From contig OZ024765.1 of the NCBI GenBank assembly GCA_964016885.1, positions 22,692,001-22,756,000 on the forward strand: 64,000 nucleotides of DNA, in the 5' to 3' direction. Of this stretch, positions 58,101 to 64,000 are shown piece after piece (position 1 is the first letter of the stretch; every line of letters starts with the position of its first letter). Under the pieces are notes generated by a model. The model had not been told where the DNA came from and made no database searches. It saw only the letters and a program-made list of their open reading frames with translations. The stretch is from Eledone cirrhosa. Lineage: Eukaryota. The position numbers and the translations under genes are program-made.

Positions 58101-61100
58101 GATAGAATGACAGTCGTTAGAATGTCAGATAGAATGACAGTCGTTAGAACGTCAGATAGAATGACAGTCGTTAGAACGTCAGATAGAATGACAGTTGTTA
58201 GAACGTCAGATAGAATGACAGTCGTTAGAACGTCAGATAGAATGACAGTTGTTAGAACGTCAGATAGAATGACAGTCGTTAGAACGTCAGATAGAGTGAC
58301 AGTCGTTAGAACGTCAGATAGAATGACAGTCGTTAGAACGTCAGATAGAATGACAGTCGTTAGAACGTCAGATAGAATGACAGTTGTTAGAACGTCAGAT
58401 AGAATGACAGTCGTTAGAACGTCAGATAGAGTGACAGTCGTTAGAACGTCAGATAGAATGACAGTCGTTAGAACGTCAGATAGAATGACAGTCGTTAGAA
58501 CGTCAGATAGAATGACAGTCGTTAGAACGTCAGATAGAATGACAGTCGTTAGAACGTCAGATAGAATGACAGTCGTTAGAACGTCAGATAGAATGACAGT
58601 TGTTAGAACGTCAGATAGAATGACAGTCGTTAGAATGTCAGATAGAATGACAGTTGTTAGAACGTCAGATAGAATGACAGTCGTTAGAATGTCAGATAGA
58701 ATGACAGTTGTTAGAACGTCAGATAGAATGACAGTTGTTAGAACGTCAGATAGAATGACAGTCGTTAGAACGTCAGATAGAATGACAGTTGTTAGAACGT
58801 CAGATAGAATGACAGTTATTAGAACGTCAGATAGAATGACAGTTGTTAGAACGTCAGATAGAATGACAGTCGTTAGAACGTCAGATAGAATGACAGTCGT
58901 TAGAACGTCAGATAGAATGACAGTCGTTAGAACGTCAGATAGAATGACAGTCGTTAGAACGTCAGATAGAATGACAGTCGTTAGAACGTCAGATAGAATG
59001 ACAGTCATTAGAACGTCAGATAGAATGACAGTCGTTAGAACGTCAGATAGAATGACAGTCATTAGAACGTCAGATAGAATGACAGTTGTTAGAACGTCAG
59101 ATAGAATGACAGTCGTTAGAACGTCAGATAGAATGACAGTTGTTAGAACGTCAGATAGAATGACAGTCATTAGAACGTCAGATAGAATGACAGTCGTTAG
59201 AACGTCAGATAGAATGACAGTCGTTAGAACGTCAGATAGAATGACAGTCGTTAGAACGTCAGATAGAATGACAGTCGTTAGAACGTCAGATAGAATGACA
59301 GTCGTTAGAACGTCAGATAGAATGACAGTTGTTAGAACGTCAGATAGAATGACAGTTATTAGAACGTCAGATAGAATGACAGTTGTTAGAACGTCAGAAT
59401 GACAGTCGTTAGAACGTCAGATAGAATGACAGTCGTTAGAACGTCAGATAGAATGACAGTCGTTAGAACGTCAGATAGAATGACAGTCGTTAGAACGTCA
59501 GATAGAATGACAGTCGTTAGAACGTCAGATAGAATGACAGTCATTAGAACGTCAGATAGAATGACAGTCGTTAGAACGTCAGATAGAATGACAGTCATTA
59601 GAACGTCAGATAGAATGACAGTTGTTAGAACGTCAGATAGAATGACAGTCGTTAGAACGTCAGATAGAATGACAGTTGTTAGAACGTCAGATAGAATGAC
59701 AGTCATTAGAACGTCAGATAGAATGACAGTCATTAGAACGTCAGATAGAATGACAGTCGTTAGAACGTCAGATAGAATGACAGTCATTAGAACGTCAGAT
59801 AGAATGACAGTTGTTAGAACGTCAGATAGAATGACAGTCGTTAGAACGTCAGATAGAATGACAGTTGTTAGAACGTCAGATAGAATGACAGTCATTAGAA
59901 CGTCAGATAGAATGACAGTCGTTAGAACGTCAGATAGAATGACAGTCGTTAGAACGTCAGATAGAATGGCAGTCATTAGAACGTCAGATAGAATGACAGT
60001 CGTTAGAACGTCAGATAGAATGACAGTCATTAGAACGTCAGATAGAATGGCAGTCGTTAGAACGTCAGATAGAATGACAGTCGTTAGAACGTCAGATAGA
60101 ATGACAGTCATTAGAACGTCAGATAGAATGGCAGTCGTTAGAACGTCAGATAGAATGACAGTCGTTAGAACGTCAGATAGAATGACAGTTGTTAGAACGT
60201 CAGATAGAATGACAGTTATTAGAACGTCAGATAGAATGGCAGTTGTTAGAACGTCAGATAGAATGACAGTTGTTAGAACGTCAGATAGAATGACAGTTAT
60301 TAGAACGTCAGATAGAATGACAGTCGTTAGAACGTCAGATAGAATGGCAGTCGTTAGAACGTCAGATAGAATGACAGTTGTTAGAACGTCAGATAGAATG
60401 ACAGTTATTAGAACGTCAGATAGAATGACAGTCGTTAGAACGTCAGATAGAATGGCAGTCGTTAGAACGTCAGATAGAATGACAGTCGTTAGAACGTCAG
60501 ATAGAATGGCAGTCGTTAGAACGTCAGATAGAATGACAGTTGTTAGAACGTCAGATAGAATGGCAGTCATTAGAACGTCAGATAGAATGACAGTCGTTAG
60601 AACGTCAGATAGAATGACAGTTGTTAGAACGTCAGATAGAATGGCAGTCGTTAGAACGTCAGATAGAATGACAGTTGTTAGAACGTCAGATAGAATGGCA
60701 GTCGTTAGAACGTCAGATAGAATGACAGTCGTTAGAACGTCAGATAGAATGGCAGTCGTTAGAACGTCAGATAGAATGGCAGTTGTTAGAACGTCAGATA
60801 GAATGACAGTCGTTAGTACGTCAGATAGAATGACAGTTATTAGAACGTCAGATAGAATGGCAGTTATTAGAACGTCAGATAGAATAACAGTCGTTAGAAC
60901 GTCAGATAGAATGGCAGTCGTTAGAACGTCAGATAGAATGACAGTCGTTAGAACGTCAGATAGAATGGCAGTCGTTAGAACGTCAGATAGAATGGCAGTC
61001 GTTAGAACGTCAGATAGAATGACAGTCGTTAGAACGTCAGATAGAATGGCAGTCGTTAGAACGTCAGATAGAATGACAGTTGTTAGAACGTCAGATAGAA

Positions 61101-64000
61101 TGACAGTTGTTAGAACGTCAGATAGAATGGCAGTTGTTAGAACGTCAGATAGAATGACAGTTGTTAGAACGTCAGATAGAATGACAGTCGTTAGAACGTC
61201 AGATAGAATGGCAGTCGTTAGAACGTCAGATAGAATGGCAGTCGTTAGAACGTCAGATAGAATGACAGTCGTTAGAACGTCAGATAGAATGGCAGTCGTT
61301 AGAACGTCAGATAGAATGACAGTTGTTAGAACGTCAGATAGAATGACAGTTATTAGAACGTCAGATAGAATGACAGTCGTTAGAACGTCAGATAGAATGA
61401 CAGTCGTTAGAACGTCAGATAGAATGGCAGTCGTTAGAACGTCAGATAGAATGACAGTTGTTAGAACGTCAGATAGAATGACAGTTATTAGAACGTCAGA
61501 TAGAATGGCAGTTATTAGAACGTCAGATAGAATGGCAGTTGTTAGAACGTCAGATAGAATGGCAGTTGTTAGAACGTCAGATAGAATGACAGTCGTTAGA
61601 ACGTCAGATAGAATGACAGTCGTTAGAACGTCAGATAGAATGACAGTCGTTAGAACGTCAGATAGAATGACAGTCGTTAGAACGTCAGATAGAATGACAG
61701 TCGTTAGAACGTCAGATAGAATGACAGTTGTTAGAACGTCAGATAGAATGACAGTCGTTAGAACGTCAGATAGAATGACAGTTGTTAGAACGTCAGATAG
61801 AATGACAGTTGTTAGAACGTCAGATAGAATGACAGTCGTTAGAACGTCAGATAGAATGACAGTTATTAGAACATCAGATAGAATGACAGTCGTTAGAACG
61901 TCAGATAGAGTGACAGTCGTTAGAACGTCAGATAGAATGACAGTCGTTAGAACGTCAGATAGAATGACAGTCGTTAGAATGTCAGATAGAATGACAGTCG
62001 TTAGAACGTCAGATAGAATGACAGTCGTTAGAACGTCAGATAGAATGACAGTTGTTAGAACGTCAGATAGAATGACAGTCGTTAGAACGTCAGATAGAAT
62101 GACAGTTGTTAGAACGTCAGATAGAATGACAGTCGTTAGAACGTCAGATAGAGTGACAGTCGTTAGAACGTCAGATAGAATGACAGTCGTTAGAACGTCA
62201 GATAGAATGACAGTCGTTAGAACGTCAGATAGAATGACAGTTGTTAGAACGTCAGATAGAATGACAGTCGTTAGAACGTCAGATAGAGTGACAGTCGTTA
62301 GAACGTCAGATAGAATGACAGTCGTTAGAACGTCAGATAGAATGACAGTCGTTAGAACGTCAGATAGAATGACAGTCGTTAGAACGTCAGATAGAATGAC
62401 AGTCGTTAGAACGTCAGATAGAATGACAGTCGTTAGAACGTCAGATAGAATGACAGTTGTTAGAACGTCAGATAGAATGACAGTCGTTAGAATGTCAGAT
62501 AGAATGACAGTTGTTAGAACGTCAGATAGAATGACAGTCGTTAGAATGTCAGATAGAATGACAGTTGTTAGAACGTCAGATAGAATGACAGTTGTTAGAA
62601 CGTCAGATAGAATGACAGTCGTTAGAACGTCAGATAGAATGACAGTTGTTAGAACGTCAGATAGAATGACAGTTATTAGAACGTCAGATAGAATGACAGT
62701 TGTTAGAACGTCAGATAGAATGACAGTCGTTAGAACGTCAGATAGAATGACAGTCGTTAGAACGTCAGATAGAATGACAGTCGTTAGAACGTCAGATAGA
62801 ATGACAGTCGTTAGAACGTCAGATAGAATGACAGTCGTTAGAACGTCAGATAGAATGACAGTCATTAGAACGTCAGATAGAATGACAGTCGTTAGAACGT
62901 CAGATAGAATGACAGTCATTAGAACGTCAGATAGAATGACAGTTGTTAGAACGTCAGATAGAATGACAGTCGTTAGAACGTCAGATAGAATGACAGTTGT
63001 TAGAACGTCAGATAGAATGACAGTCATTAGAACGTCAGATAGAATGACAGTCGTTAGAACGTCAGATAGAATGACAGTCGTTAGAACGTCAGATAGAATG
63101 ACAGTCGTTAGAACGTCAGATAGAATGACAGTCGTTAGAACGTCAGATAGAATGACAGTCGTTAGAACGTCAGATAGAATGACAGTTGTTAGAACGTCAG
63201 ATAGAATGACAGTTATTAGAACGTCAGATAGAATGACAGTTGTTAGAACGTCAGATAGAATGACAGTCGTTAGAACGTCAGATAGAATGACAGTCGTTAG
63301 AACGTCAGATAGAATGACAGTCGTTAGAACGTCAGATAGAATGACAGTCGTTAGAACGTCAGATAGAATGACAGTCGTTAGAACGTCAGATAGAATGACA
63401 GTCATTAGAACGTCAGATAGAATGACAGTCGTTAGAACGTCAGATAGAATGACAGTCATTAGAACGTCAGATAGAATGACAGTTGTTAGAACGTCAGATA
63501 GAATGACAGTCGTTAGAACGTCAGATAGAATGACAGTTGTTAGAACGTCAGATAGAATGACAGTCATTAGAACGTCAGATAGAATGACAGTCATTAGAAC
63601 GTCAGATAGAATGACAGTCGTTAGAACGTCAGATAGAATGACAGTCATTAGAACGTCAGATAGAATGACAGTTGTTAGAACGTCAGATAGAATGACAGTC
63701 GTTAGAACGTCAGATAGAATGACAGTTGTTAGAACGTCAGATAGAATGACAGTCATTAGAACGTCAGATAGAATGACAGTCGTTAGAACGTCAGATAGAA
63801 TGACAGTCGTTAGAACGTCAGATAGAATGGCAGTCATTAGAACGTCAGATAGAATGACAGTCGTTAGAACGTCAGATAGAATGACAGTCATTAGAACGTC
63901 AGATAGAATGGCAGTCGTTAGAACGTCAGATAGAATGACAGTCGTTAGAACGTCAGATAGAATGACAGTCATTAGAACGTCAGATAGAATGGCAGTCGTT
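49193..64000 (+). repeat. 27-bp satellite (GTTAGAACGTCAGATAGAATGRCAGTY)n, ~545 units, continuing past the window end
   Basis: 27-bp period. Begins with SINE-head-like AGGTGGCGGATTGGCAGAATTGTTAGAACGTCAGATAGAATG. Confidence 0.98.

Noticed and set aside
49158-63972. 3414, 3331 and 1528 aa ORFs on both strands
   Set aside because: A 27-bp unit lacking stops in one frame per strand; no unique domain, and a 4-bp deletion breaks the frame.

Overview
Animal genomic DNA, very AT- and repeat-rich. The SINE, RTE and microsatellite content suggests a cephalopod (Octopus-like); this is inference. Two spliced + strand genes can be read from GT-AG sites with consistent phase. The first is the last three exons of an unrecognised gene (3013-3044, 13398-13531, 20521-20570 stop). 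The second is the first five coding exons of ICE2/NARG2, little elongation complex subunit 2 (36450-46456, continuing past the window). The rest is transposons and tandem repeats: an apparently intact RTE LINE with three C-terminal C2H2 fingers, a decayed Penelope-like RT, RTE and CR1 fragments, mariner and piggyBac-type MITEs, tRNA-derived SINEs, and a >14.7 kb 27-bp satellite grown from a SINE head. The most notable pattern is about a dozen sequence-diverse short elements in (TA)n tracts. They share a foldback arm, hammerhead-ribozyme cores (full or partial) and a conserved TTGAGTRC-like box before the distal (TA)n. The very long ORFs in the track are repeat artefacts.
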